Source: Eledone cirrhosa (lineage: Eukaryota). From it: a stretch of DNA of 64,000 nt. A model generated the notes under the pieces. The model saw nothing but the letters and a program-made list of their open reading frames with translations, had not been told where the DNA came from and ran no database searches. Every line of letters starts with the position of its first letter. Within the stretch, counting starts at the first letter, position 1. The DNA lies in contig OZ024741.1 of the NCBI GenBank assembly GCA_964016885.1, positions 141,422,001-141,486,000 of the forward strand, written 5' to 3'. Below, in pieces: positions 15,057 to 29,650 of this stretch. The position numbers and the translations under genes were made by a program.

Positions 15057-15765
15057 TAATGTGTGGTGATAGTCAAGTTTACAATTTTCAACTGTAATGA
15101 GATGGGTAAATTTTGTGCCTTATATAACAGTGAAAAGTGGCTCCAGAATGCTAAATCTAGCAAATTGTATTTTGACCAATCGGTGTGTAGTTTCACTGGA
15201 TTACTAATGCTGATTGGTTTAGGCGTCACGGTTGGTTGACTAACGACTACTAATTGACCCTATCCAACGCATCAATTGTTTTGCTATTTTTAGAAATGAT
15301 GAAAATAGCATCACCATCAACATCACTTTTATTATTATTATTATTATTATTATTGTTGTTGTTGTTGTTGTTGTTAGTGGTCGTAGTCATAGTCATAGTA
15401 GGAGACCCCATTATTATTGTTTTTTTAGCTTGGGTTTGAATTTATCAATAAAATTATTTTCTTTGATTTTTCTCTTGATTTCACTTGGGCTGTGTAATTT
15501 GTAGAATGGGAATATTATAAATATTCCGTGACCACATGTTGCTAGATGGTTACTTAGGGGTATCTGACGGACATTTGCGTCTCTGATTTGCTGTCGGTGT
15601 ACCCGTGCACGTTCCGATAGTGCATTTCCAGTTTGATCGACATATAGTTCTTCACAATTCGGGCATTTAATGCAGTAAATTAGATTTCTGCTTTTGCAGT
15701 TCATATTTGCATTTGGGAATATTTTTCCAGTTTTTGTTTTCATATATTGACCGGTGTGTATGGAT

Positions 15766-18700
15766 CGAAATGGCTCTCTCTAACAGCACCCATACTCCCT
15801 CGTAAATACCTAATTACAGAAATTGCAGGAGAACCAGAAGAAGAAATAAAACTCCGATGGAAACTTACATTGACAAAATTCAGGACCGACATCTCCATTT
15901 CTCAATGTAAACAATCCCGCTACAAAGCCACATATGAAGCTATCGATGACCAAATTGAAGTTGAAATTTCAAAGCTAACGACTGGTATTATAGCTGAAAA
16001 ACTACGAGAACTATGGATCAGAGATATCTCAAAAGAAGAAAACAAATCAAGAAAGGTATTGCAGCAGAAACAATTATTTCTCGACGAATATGCTGCAATT
16101 ATGGTTAAGACTCTGGAACCCTGAGAAAAAGCATTAAAAGTGGACAATCTCACCAACACAACATACGCCAGAACACGTGCCAACACAAACACTCACCTTA
16201 CCTTGAATCAAAGAAGAACTACGGTAATAACTCTTCGCTTTTTCTACAAAAACACCCTAACGCACACAACATGAACAAAAAGCACAAACACAATAGATAT
16301 TCCCCTAAGTAACCATGAGAAGTAGTAAAACCAGGAGATCACTCTCAAGATCTCAACAGAGATTACCCACAAGAAACTGGGCGAAAAAATGATCTAAACC
16401 TGAAAGCAAACCTAGGTCATTTCCCCAGATTGTTAAAAATAATGCTAACAAGAAATGGAAAAATAATATACATAATACCAAAAATAGGACAAAATACATA
16501 ACGAAACCAAATATATCACGACCAAAAGTTCATCAAGCAAACACCAACAGGAATATAAATCCTGAACAGAGAAAAATCCATTTTTTAACGTCAGGACAAC
16601 AAAAACCGAAAAAAGAAAAACTCCAGGAGGAAACCTACCCAAAACAACTGTACACGCAGATCCTAAAATAATTAATTTATCCAAAAGAGATCTTGACACT
16701 GATGAAATGCAAATTCTGTCAAAAGGACTGAAATTCACACCGACTCCAACAGTCAACCACCAAGAACTGAAGGAGGATACCCAAGAATTCTGTCGAAAAT
16801 TACGTCTTATAGAATTCTTCGCTGATAAAAGTAATGAGAGTGATGAATCACTAGTAAAGAATAAATCAAATTTCACTCCACCAAAAGGAAGAAATATCTA
16901 TCTCGACCAATACATTGACATCCTGTCTAAATTTCCTGTTAGACGTAATACTAATGTCAGGCCAAACATTAACAAATCAGAAATGTCTGCACTTAAACGT
17001 ATATAAAATGATAAAAAAAGAATAATTTAACAAGCAGATAAAGGGGGTGCAGTTGTTATAATGGATGCTGAATACTACAGGGATTTGGTTGAGGAACAAC
17101 TGAAAGACACAACATTCTATCATGAAATACCGTCAAATATATTACCACAACATCATGAAGAAGATCAACAACCTGTCTTCAAAATACCACAACTCACTTA
17201 CTGATAAGGAAAGAGACTACATCACCAATTTTGAGCCAAAATACAGCAACCTGTATGGCCTACCGAAAGTTCATAAGTCAAAAGAAATACAACTGGCAGT
17301 AAGAGAACAAAACAGTGAGTACATTAAATTACTACACCCAAAAGACTTAAAACTTAGACCTATTATAGCTGGTCCAACATGCCCCACCCACCGTCTAAGC
17401 AATTTTGTTGACATTATTTTGAAACCACTATGTATTCACATACCCAGTTTCATCCGGGATGATATTGACTTCTTGTCCCATCTTCCCAAAACCATAGAAA
17501 CGAATTCACTTTTACTTAGTTTTGATGTGGTAAGCCTTTACACCAACATTACACATGATTTAGGAATAAAGGCGGTTAAATACTGGGTGGAAAAACATAG
17601 AGAAGTGATTCCCATCAGATTCACAGCGCCATTTATATTAGACGCAGTTAAACTTATTCTGGAAAACAACACTTTTTTCTTCAATGGAAAGAATTACATC
17701 CAAATTAGAGGCACAGCGATGGGAACGAAGTTTGCTCCCGTTTACGCGAACTCTGTAATGGGATACTTAGAACAATAACTCTACCAAGAAATAGAGGAAA
17801 AATATAGTACTGACTTTAGAAAGTACATTGAAAAATCTTGGAAGAGATACCTTGACGACTGTTTCATCATCTGAACAGAATCTCTAGATACTCTGGATGA
17901 GTTCAATATTGTCCTGAATAACCTACACCCATCTCTCCAATTCACAAAAGAGGTGAGTAGTACCAAATTACCATTCCTAGATATAATGATAATCAAAAAC
18001 GACACCACCAATACCACGGATATATATTATAAACACACAGACACCCATCAATATCTGAATTTTAAGTCGTGCCATCCACCTCATACAAAACGCAACATCC
18101 CATACTGCCTAGCCAGAAGAATTTGTACCATTGTAGAAGATACGAATACCAGGTACAAACGCCTAACAGAACTAAGAGAATTTTTGCTCAAACAAAAATA
18201 CCCATCTCTACTTATGGAAAATGGCATACAGCGGGCTATAAACATACCTATACAACAACTTAGGACAACCCAAGGAAGAAGAAACCAAGAACTGGTCATA
18301 CCATTTATAATGACACACAACCCATGTCACCAGAATATCTTCAACACTGCCAAAGCAAACCTACCGATCATTGCTCAAAGTAATGAATTAACAGGTTTAA
18401 TCACAGATCGATCTTTGACACTTAGTAAAAGACAGCCGAAAAATTTGAAGCAATTACTAACAAAAGCAAAGTTTGACCTTAACAACAAAGACCAATCATT
18501 CACTGTATCTAAATGCAATGATAGTCAATGCGGCACATGTCAATCCATACACGCCGGTCAATATATGAAAACAAAAACTGGAAAAATATTCCCAAATGCA
18601 AATATGAACTGCAATAGCAGAAATCTAATTTACTGCATTAAATGCCCGAATTGTGAAGAACTATATGTCGATCAAACTGGAAATGCACTATCGGAACGTG

Positions 18701-18894
18701 CACGGGTACACCGACAGCAAATCAGAGACGCAAATGTCCGTCAGATACCCCTAAGTAACCATCTAGCAACATGTGGTCAGGGAATATTTATAATATTCCC
18801 ATTCTACAAATTACACAGCCCAAGTGAAATCAAGAGAAAAATCAAAGAAAATAATGTTATTGATACATTCAAACCCAAGCTAAATGAACAATAA
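15766..18894 (+). pseudogene. PLE polyprotein (N-terminal region, RT, GIY-YIG) with stops and frameshifts
   Basis: INLS..LSKGLKFTPTP, ADKGGAVVIMD, LYGLPKVHK, LRPIIAG, FDVVSLYTNI, GTAMGTKFAPVYAN, WKRYLDD, LPFLD, YYKHTDTHQYL, CGTC, NLIYCIKCPNC..YVDQTG. Confidence 0.92.
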
Positions 18895-19253
18895 TAATGG
18901 GGTCTCCTACTATGACTATGACTACGACCACTAACAACAACAACAACAATAATAATAATAATAATAAAAGTGATGTTGATGGTGATGATTACTAGAAAAT
19001 GCTATTTTCATCATTTCTAAAAATAGCAAAACAATTGATTCTTTGGATAGGGTCAATTAGTAGTCGTTAGTCAACCAACCGTGACGCCTAAACCAATCAG
19101 CATTAGTAATCCAGTGAAACTACACACCGATTGGTCAAAATACAATTTGCTAGATTTAGTATTCTGGAGCCACTTTTCACTGTTATATAAGGCACAAAAT
19201 TTACCCATCTCATTACAGTTGAAAATTGTAAACTTGACTATCACCACACATTA

Positions 19254-19292
19254 TGAACCTGAAGATTGCGAAAGCATGAAAGTACTTGTTCA
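19254..19292 (+). ncRNA. Minimal type I hammerhead ribozyme (family B right arm)
   Basis: tgaac CTGAAGA ttgcgaaagcat GAAA gtac TT gttca. Confidence 0.78.
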
Positions 19293-19954
19293 ATCAACAC
19301 TTAACATTTAATATTCTACCATACTATTTCATTCTAATACCATTATAAATTTTAAAGGATTGTAAATAAAACGAGTAAATCAGACAAAGCTGGAATTCCT
19401 TTTATATATAATGTGTGTGTGTGTATTTATATATATATATATATATATATGTATTTATATATATCTATTTATATATATCTATTTATATATATATTCAGGT
19501 TCGATGTTCACCACTGGATAGAGCTGGTCAATTCCGTATGGTCAATTTTGTTTGCCTATATTTGACCGGTAGTAGTTGTTAAGATACGGGTCCCTTACAA
19601 TAAAAATTTGTTCGCGACATTCATGGCCTGACTGTAATACCGACCTTTCCTCCTCTTTCTTTCTGTCTTTCTTCTTATAGCTGACATTAACCCTGGCTTC
19701 TCTTCTTCTTCCTTCCCCCTTCTTCTCTCTTCTTTCTCTCTTTCTTTTTTCTTGTGGCATGATATTAACTCTAACTTATGTTCCTCTCCCTTTCTATTTT
19801 CCTTTATTTGACCGGTAGTAGCACCCTGTAAGCTTTAGCCACGTCACTCGAGGGCGACCGGCAAAGGTAGAAGATGCTGGATGGCGGTTGCCCTCGGGTC
19901 TTTCATTTTCAGCCCCATGTATTTTATCTATTACATTCACTTATTATATTTCGA

Positions 19955-20012
19955 ATACCTGATGATATCACCGATTTCGTACGGAACCCGGTCATTGAAA
20001 TGATCATAGTAT
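19955..20012 (+). ncRNA. Type I hammerhead ribozyme in a non-coding insert (about 19495-20065) between TA tracts
   Basis: atac CTGATGA t-atcaccg..cggtcat-t GAAA tgatca TA gtat. Confidence 0.75.
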
Positions 20013-20072
20013 AATAAACCTTTCAAGGATTTACACAAATCCGGCCTCCTGTCATTTCATTATTATATATAT

Positions 20073-20126
<54 letters not shown>

Positions 20127-20132
<6 letters not shown>

Positions 20133-21057
20133 ATACTTTGGGAGGGTCATGTTGCCAATAAGAAACACACGCACCAGCTGCTTTCACTTCAATTTATTAT
20201 ATATTTATAAATTTATAAATTTACAAATCTACAAACTTATAAATTTCTGGTTGGTTGGTTGGTTCCACAACCAGATAGTTGTTTATATATAGTCATAGTC
20301 CTTTCGTCATACACTCTGTGACCTCTTCAGTGACTGGGGATTCCTTTCTTTGTTTCTGTGCCTTTCCTTTCTTCTGACCTACGCCATTTTGTTTCTGTGT
20401 GTGTGTTGTGTGCTCAGTTTGCGCATGCGCCACATCCGGATATCTATGTGTGTTTGTGTTCATTTATCTATTTGTTTATTTATTTACATGTTGTTGGTTG
20501 GTTGTTTGTTCTTTGTGTGTGTGTGTTTTCATTTTGTCCTTAATTGTAAGTTGTGATGTTGCTGTTCCACTCATATTTTCTATTTTCTATTTAATTTTGG
20601 TTGTAATTCTTTTATGCTTACTGCCTCTGTAATTTGCCTAAACATTGCATCTTTTCTGTGTGTGGATTCTATTTTTATTTCTATGTTCTCTAATTTACCC
20701 TTGTGTTCTATCTTAGCATGTTGGTAGAGTACAGATGATTCTTTATTATCTTGAAGGTCTCGCCAGTGTTCATTTATCCGTTCCTGTCTTTCTTCTTATG
20801 AAGAGGTCACAGAGTGTGTGACGAAAGGACTATGACTATATATAAACAACTATCTGGTTGTGGAACCAACCAACCAACCAGAAATTTATAAGTTTGTAGA
20901 TTTGTAAATTTATAAATTTATAAATATATAATAAATTGAAGTGAAAGCAACTGGTGCGTGTGTTTCTTATTGGCAACATGACCCTCCCAAAGTATAACAA
21001 TATCGGTTTCAACACACGATTTCAGATAAAGAATCTTGCTAAACAAATTCAGAAACG

Positions 21058-21060
<3 letters not shown>
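20127..21060. mobile_element. Fold-back PLE related to family A, with a GIY-YIG C-terminal remnant on minus
   Basis: Arms 20127-20329 / 20799-21002, right tail to 21060. Minus 20570-20785 reads ERINEHWRDL..SVLYQHAKIEH..RQITEA..PKLNRK. Confidence 0.88.
20291..20335 (-). ncRNA. Minimal type I hammerhead ribozyme
   Basis: agtca CTGAAGA g-gtca..tgac GAAA ggac TA tgact. Confidence 0.75.
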
Positions 21061-21148
<88 letters not shown>

Positions 21149-21403
21149 GTTGTGTGTATATATATAGATGTGTGTGTGTATTTATATATATGTATATATA
21201 TATATGTGTATTTATATATGTATATATAGATGAAATACTGTTAGCTGATAAAACAATGTATTTCTAAGCACTCTTTGGATATTCCTAAAATTTTAACGGC
21301 TCTGTAGTATACTAGTTATCCTACGTTGAGCTAAAACCACACTGTCGTACCAAGGGTAATATATATACGTGTCTGGGCACATTGATATACTTGTCAACGA
21401 AAC

Positions 21404-21542
<139 letters not shown>

Positions 21543-21549
21543 ATATATG

Positions 21550-21630
<81 letters not shown>

Positions 21631-21674
21631 TATATATATATATACATATATATATGATGTATATATATATACTC

Positions 21675-21900
21675 TTGTATTATTTCACCTGTTCCAGCCA
21701 TCCGGCTGAGGCCATGCTGGGGCACCGCCCTTGTTGTTACACGTTCTTTCTCCAGCCAGCTTTGCCTGGCCATTGATGTAAGAGGAACATTCGTGGCTGC
21801 TGCCCTTAGGTTACCTTCCTTCCATAATGTGGGTTCGTCTGTGATCTTGGATGGCAGTGTGTCAAAACGTCTCTTGAAAACATCCACAGTAAAACCAACA
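21675..21900 (-). mobile_element. 3' end fragment of a CR1/L2-like LINE
   Basis: DVFKRRFDTLPSKITDEP resembles the ORF2 C-terminal FK..LD...IPDEP motif, followed by a short 3' UTR. Confidence 0.55.
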
Positions 21901-22259
21901 ACTTAGTAGTAGTTGGGCTCTTTAGGCCACCCTAAACACCTCTACCATGCTTCAAGGAATCCCTCAACAGCTAAAGAGTTTCATCTAACAGTATCATAAT
22001 GCAAACTGGGAAGCGATCTTGCACATGTGGATTGGTCTTTCACGCACACTCACACACCCACTAACATCAAAAAATCCTGGTAGACATTTGTAGACACTGT
22101 AGCAAATATATGTGCATAACATACTCCATTAAGATTTATACTCAAATATAAGTACAGAATCCCTTGAAATGGAAGACCATACAACAGAAAAATTGAAAGA
22201 AACTAAAATACTGCCAGCAGCAACACACCAATTTGATTGCCATTACATCACTACAATCG

Positions 22260-24157
22260 AAAAAACAACCGCCAAAACAGCTTGATGTCCATCATCAACA
22301 ATCAAAGAGCAGCTGAAGAGGCCTGGCCCATTGAGAAAATCAAACTCAATCCCAAGATGTTCTTTTCATTTGCGAAAAAACACAAAGTAATTGGCTCCAG
22401 TTGGCCCTCTAATTGATGAAAATGGCATTCTCAAATATAATGCTAAAACCATGGGTGAGATACTGCAGAAACAATACTGCTCTGTTTTCAGCACTCCTGA
22501 TATTGCCGATCTGGGCTGCATCAGTGATGTTAATCCCCAACACACTATATCGGACATAACGTTTGGCGCCCCTGCCCTGATGTCTTAGCGGCAATAAACG
22601 AAACTAAACATAATTCAGCAGTAGGCCCCTATAGGTTTCCTGCTTGTGTCCTAAAGTTGTGTTGACACCAGCTTGCATGTCCTCTTGCTAATCTGTGGAA
22701 GAACTCACTGGATGCTGGATATATACCAGAAAACTTACTATCCCAGTCTGTTGCCCCAGTTTTCAAAACGAGAAACAACTCCCTTGCTGTGAATTACTGT
22801 CCGAGCTCACTCATATCATTAAGGTATTTGAGAGAGTGGTGCGGTCATGAATAACTCACTTTCTTGAAAGCAAATATCTGCTGAACTCCAACCAACATGG
22901 GTTCCGTAATGGAAGGGATTGCCTAAAGTAGCTATTGCATCATTCTGATGACATTTTGAGAGCTCTGGAAGAGGTCTCTAACACTGATGTCATATACCTT
23001 GATTTCAGCAAGGCTTTTGACAGGGTAGATCATAACATTCTACTGAGAAAACTATCCAAAATTGGTGTCACTGGAAAGTTGCTGAGGAGGATCAAGTGTT
23101 TCCTGTCAAACAGATCGCAACATGTTGTATTCAAAGGAGTAAAGTCCAGCCCAGCCAAAGTCAGGTGTGGTGTCCCATCCCACAAGGCACTGTGGTGGGC
23201 CCACTTCTTTTCATTATCTATATTAATGACATTACTGACATCTTCAAGCACAACAGCATAAGAATCTTTGCAGAGGATTCCAAGCTCCAGAAGGTCATCA
23301 ATGGTGTGGGTGACCGGACTTGCCTCCAATCAGATCTACTGTGCGTAAAAGAACAATATGCTGCTGAACGAGGATAAAGTTAATCCACTTTGGAAAAAAG
23401 GATTCCCTGAAATTCCCATGCTCCCTAACTTCAGGTGAAACACTCGTAGCATCCAACAACATCAGAGACTTGAGAGTAATTGTGGACAACAACATAAGCT
23501 GGGCCACTCACATTAACAGCAAAGTTGAATTGACCCGCAGAATTTGTTTCTGGATTCTCAGAACCTTCCAGACGAGAGATATCTACACTATTATCCTTCT
23601 CTTCTCCACTTTTGCCTAAACCCACATTGAATACTGATAACAAATTATCATGAAAATTGAAGCTCCTCAAAGGTTAATCACGAAAAGGATAGATGGCATG
23701 TCAGCCCTTGGCTATTGGGTCGACTAGAAAAGCTCGAACTTTATTCTCTCCAACGCCGCTGTGAGCGCTACATTATCTGTATGATGGGGAAAATATTCCA
23801 TCAGCATTGCCCAAATGATGTTGACATCACCTTTAAAGTACACCAAAGGCTTGGGCCCCGTGGTATACGCCTACAACAAAAATCAAACTCGCATCTCATA
23901 ACAACAATACGGCACAATTATTTCACCTCAATTTGACCCCGCTCTCTTTAACACTAAACCAAAATACATTAAAACAGAAACAGACCCCATAAAATTAAGA
24001 AGTCGTTCGACAAATTCATTCAAGAAATCCTGCAAACAATAACTCCCATCTTGGGTGTCCAAATCCTGATTTGAAAGACCTGGCCAGGTGGTGCTATTTA
24101 GTTAGACATGGCCTGGGCCAATACTGGCCAAAACCTATCAAAGTTATAAAAGTTATA
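22260..24157 (+). mobile_element. Decayed CR1/L2-group LINE ORF2 (RT) with 3' end
   Basis: NQHGFRNGR, DVIYLDFSKAFDRVDH, PQGTVVGPLLFIIYINDI, IFAEDSK, LYSLQRR.ERY; many frameshifts; short tandem aaagttat at the end. Confidence 0.88.
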
Positions 24158-24162
24158 TCTAC

Positions 24163-24191
<29 letters not shown>

Positions 24192-24195
<4 letters not shown>

Positions 24196-24582
24196 AGTGG
24201 AAGGGATATTTAATTTGTTGGAAATTCAACAAATATAAATGTTTATAACTGATTCAGAGCACTCGACAGTTTCTGGAGTAAATATTCAATGATATTAAAT
24301 AAATGGAAACTATATTTATAAAACAATATTTATTCTATTATATATATATTACAAGGGTACCAAATATGTTGGTACGCTTTCATCAGATAAAATACAAAGA
24401 GTGTTTTATAAATTTTGACATAGCCAAGGGAAACATAACTTATCAGTTGAATATTCTTTGAGTAGTCTACTCTTTGTATTTTATCTGATGAAAGCGTACC
24501 ACATTTTTTTGTACCCTTGAAATATATATAATAGAATAAATATGGTTTTATAAATATAGTTTCCATTTATTTAATATCATTG
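24192..24582. mobile_element. Non-coding fold-back element, family b, with HHR
   Basis: Arms about 24286-24403 / 24468-24582 with a left tail; same family as 54125-54554 and 63683-63820. Confidence 0.8.
24477..24538 (+). ncRNA. Type I hammerhead ribozyme (family b)
   Basis: tattttat CTGATGA aagcgtac..gtaccctt GAAA tatata TA atagaata. Confidence 0.72.
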
Positions 24583-24600
24583 TATATATATATATATATA

Positions 24601-24790
24601 GTTTTAATATAGATGAGATTCTACAGGACTAGAACTGTTTCATTCTTTAGAAATCATCAGCCTGATGATTTCTAAAGAATGAAACAGTTCTAGTCCTGTA
24701 GAATCTCATCTATATTAAAACTGTTATACTCTGCAATGTACTGAGTACCTTACTTACTGTGGTTACCTCCGATTCAACCCGGAATAACGT
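24601..24790. mobile_element. Perfect 60-bp-arm fold-back element whose apex is at an HHR core
   Basis: 24601-24660 / 24662-24721 form a perfect palindrome. The right arm starts CTGATGAtttctaaagaatGAAACaGTT. Right tail to 24790. Confidence 0.8.
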
Positions 24791-24814
24791 ATATATATAT
24801 GTGTGTGTGTGTAT

Positions 24815-25365
24815 ATATATGTATATTTGTATGTGTGTTCTTCTGGTTTTATAATTTCACAAATGTTTATCAATAGAGTGAGAGTCGTTTTCTAACATAG
24901 ACAGAAGACTCTCTCATTGGAATTTACACAACATCAACTAGGTAGATATGTAGGCATGTCTGCATGCATGTGTATATGCTTTGTATCTGTACATGTGTAT
25001 ATGCAGTTATTAGATGCAAAATGTTTGGAATGTTTTACATATTTTTACTGTTCCATTAAATGGATTGTACTTGTAATTTCCTAACTAGTTGTGTTATTTC
25101 TGTTCCTGTGAAGCCTAGCTTCTCAAGATTTGTATTCAGGCAGTTACTAACATATCCCAGTGCCCCAATAATCACAGACATAAATCTGAAGACATGATCA
25201 GGGTGAAGTATCTGCAGACCTCTCATCAGTTCTGCATAAATATTCTCCTTTTGGCTAATCTTTGATATTATATTGGCATCTGCGGGGCAGCTAACTTCCA
25301 CAACTGTGCATGCTTTCTTTTCCATGTCCCATATTATAATATGTGGTCTGTTATGCCTGCATAAT
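24815..25365 (-). mobile_element. 3' fragment of an RLE-type LINE (R4/Dong-like) with restriction-like endonuclease
   Basis: [30 protein letters not shown]...VIIGALGYV matches the RPD..E..P..K..Y endonuclease motif series, with the catalytic D changed to H. Confidence 0.78.
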
Positions 25366-25742
25366 ATGTATGTATGTATGTATATAAGTATGTATGAATA
25401 TGTATGCATGTATATATGTATGTATATGTATGTATATATGTATGTACATATGTATATTTGTATATATGTATATATGTATGTATATATGTATGTATATATA
25501 TATATATATGTATGTATGTATGTATATATGTATGTATGAATATGTATGTATGTATGTATATATTCGAGGAATCTAGGAGCAGTTTAGGTATGATACATTT
25601 TATTACTAATTATATCTAAATGTTTCTTCTCTCTTCATAATGTATATATATGTATGTATGTATATATATATGTATATATTTGTATATATATATATGTATA
25701 TATATATATATGTATATATGTATATATATATATGTATATATG

Positions 25743-26745
<1,003 letters not shown>

Positions 26746-26841
26746 ATTAAAATACTGGAGCGTGTTGGAGTTAAACACCCTCTTCGTATTATAGAAATGA
26801 CAGTAAAAGGTATAGCTCAATGTAATTAAACAGAGCCGAAG

Positions 26842-26917
<76 letters not shown>

Positions 26918-26954
26918 ATATATATGTGCATGTAACAAGCTTGATGTATTCCAC

Positions 26955-27325
26955 CGTCGTTGCATTCGGACCATATTGAAAATTTCAATGGAGAGACCAA
27001 GTTATCAACGAGGAAGTGATGAGGAGGTCAGGATTGGAGAGGTTAAGGGACATTGTTCAGAAAGGAGACAGCGATTCGCGGGCCACATCCTTCGTTTGCC
27101 GGCAGATCGACCTGCTCATATTGCCACGGATTGGGTACCAGAAGGTGGCAGGAGAGAATGGGGAAGACCACGAAAAAGATGGCGGAGCACATTGAGGGAG
27201 GACCTGCAGGAGATGGGAATTACCTGGAGAGGTGCTAGAAGGGTCGCCAGTGACAGGATCAGGTAGAGGAAGCTCGTCGCCCAATGTTCCACAGGGGATT
27301 GGAGGAACTAAGACTAAGGCTAAGA
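26955..27325 (+). mobile_element. RTE-clade LINE 3' fragment
   Basis: [46 protein letters not shown]; 3' tandem taagac/taaggc/taag. Confidence 0.85.
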
Positions 27326-27353
27326 TGTATATATGTATATATACATATATGTA

Positions 27354-27424
<71 letters not shown>

Positions 27425-27975
27425 ATGTATGTGTTGTATTAATATATATATATGTCTGTATGTGTGTGTGTATGAATATATGTATATATGTATGTATACA
27501 TATGTGTGTGTGTGTGTACATATGTATATATATATATATAGGGCATAACAACCACTATACGAGATATATAAGAAGTACTTTATTGTTGACTTCTGCAGTA
27601 TAAAAGTGAAAAGTTGTGAAGGTAACAACTTAGACACGTTTCATCAAATAGAGACATATCATTCATACTTCTCAAGTATATGGAACATTTCAAACAACAT
27701 TTACAACACCCAGCGAACGTTTTCTTGTAACTGTTGGCCTAACATCTACACATACTTTCCTTCATAAACATAAGATATAGCAGAAAAATTATTGATATGC
27801 AGAATTCATATATATGTGAGGTGGGGTATGTGTGTGTGAGTGTGTGTGTATGTGTGTGTTGCAGAGACGGGTCCGATCGATACGGACGGAACTTTGAGCT
27901 GATCAATCGCGAAAGTACGCTTAAATGTAATTTTCAGGAAGATTCACCATGTGTATGCTTAAATGGAATTCTGTG

Positions 27976-28078
<103 letters not shown>

Positions 28079-28167
28079 TGACTGAACTGATCAATGTTGA
28101 ATTGGAACACTGATATTTGAATGTTTAGAGTTGTTGGTTATTTATAGTTGTTGTTATACGAATTATG

Positions 28168-28455
28168 AAGCCACGTAGCTTAGTGGTTGTGGCAGTTGAA
28201 ACAATCGGTTGGCTTTCAGTCCAAATCCCGTCTCCGAGTTTTATACTTGAGTAACACACTCTATTTCCGCTTACTCTATTCCACTCAGATGGATAATGAG
28301 TTGTACCTGTAACTCAAATGACACACACTATATCACGCTGAATCTAACTGGTAACAACTTAAAGAGAACTCGTGTCTACAGAATGCCCGATACCCTTGCA
28401 TGTTAATTTCTCGGGGAACAGGAATATTTATTGTCGGGACCGACAAAGTTCCAAC
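28168..28455 (+). mobile_element. SINE family 2 copy
   Basis: tagcttagtggtt A-box-like head; ccactcag..atgagttgtacctgta; tcacgctgaatct. Confidence 0.6.
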
Positions 28456-28734
28456 ACATATACAATATATATCCCTTTTCCTATGTATTGAGTTTTGGTT
28501 TCTCTCGTATGAAAGAGTGGTAATAAAATCATGTATGCCCTGACCGTACAATAGATATACATAGACGCGCAACTTCTAGTTGATTCATAGAGAGGCCATG
28601 GTGATATATTGTGCGTTTTGGACATTTTATACATGGTAGAGCCCATCCCCTCCCAAGATCTATGCACAGTCGATATCTACCAGAGAAGGAAAATGAGAGA
28701 GAGGGAAAGTGAGAAGGCTACATAAAGGAAGGGT

Positions 28735-28870
28735 CTTCCCCAGTATTGGACGGGTACTTGTTATATTGATCTCGAAAGGATAAAAGGAAAGTTCTCCTCG
28801 AAAAGGTTTGAACTCAGAGAATGCAGAACGCCGGAACAAATACTGCAAAACCTTTCCTCCGAGGTTCTAA
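28735..28870 (-). mobile_element. Degenerate SINE family 1 copy
   Basis: ggtacttgttatattgatctcgaaaggataaaagg..tttgaactcagag. Confidence 0.6.
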
Positions 28871-29178
28871 CTCTTCTACCAATTCACCGTCTTCATATGT
28901 TCATAGATTCATAGAAAACAAGGAAATATTATCTTAGCGTCTAATATTAAGGGGATTCATGAAAAATGTTTTGATTACTTTTATATCCCATTGAGAGAAC
29001 AATGGGCTGGATTGAATCTGTGATTGACTGGTCAATATCGCTATAAGTATATTAAAATATTGATTTGGTTTCTTACGACGCAAAACCAAATTATTTGACT
29101 CTTGTTCTATATTTCTATAGAAATATAGAAAAATCAGACACACGTATATATATATATAGTCTGATTCTATACACACAC

Positions 29179-29243
<65 letters not shown>

Positions 29244-29414
29244 CTGTGTGTGTATAGAAGCAGGCTATCAAGCATGGAAGAAGAACCGAGAGCTGAAAGG
29301 CCTAAACGTAAATATAATGAAGACGAAAGCTTTGAGAATGTATTTAAATATTGGTATAAGCGCCTCTAGAATGGTATTTCTTTTGTGTTACACACGCACA
29401 CGCACGCACACGCA

Positions 29415-29650
<236 letters not shown>

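Larger units (their letters stand above)
14867..19404 (+). mobile_element. Near full-length PLE family B (Neptune/Poseidon-type RT motifs) with about 860-bp inverted terminal arms
   Basis: About 14905-15765 is the reverse complement of 18543-19404. A left-only tail spans 14867-14904. RT and GIY-YIG are on plus, with an HHR in both arms. Confidence 0.93.

Noticed and set aside
17872-17874. In-frame TGA in the PLE RT as possible selenocysteine
   Set aside because: It falls at the conserved Trp of DDCFIIW (TGG>TGA), and the same ORF has TAA stops and frameshifts, so it is decay.
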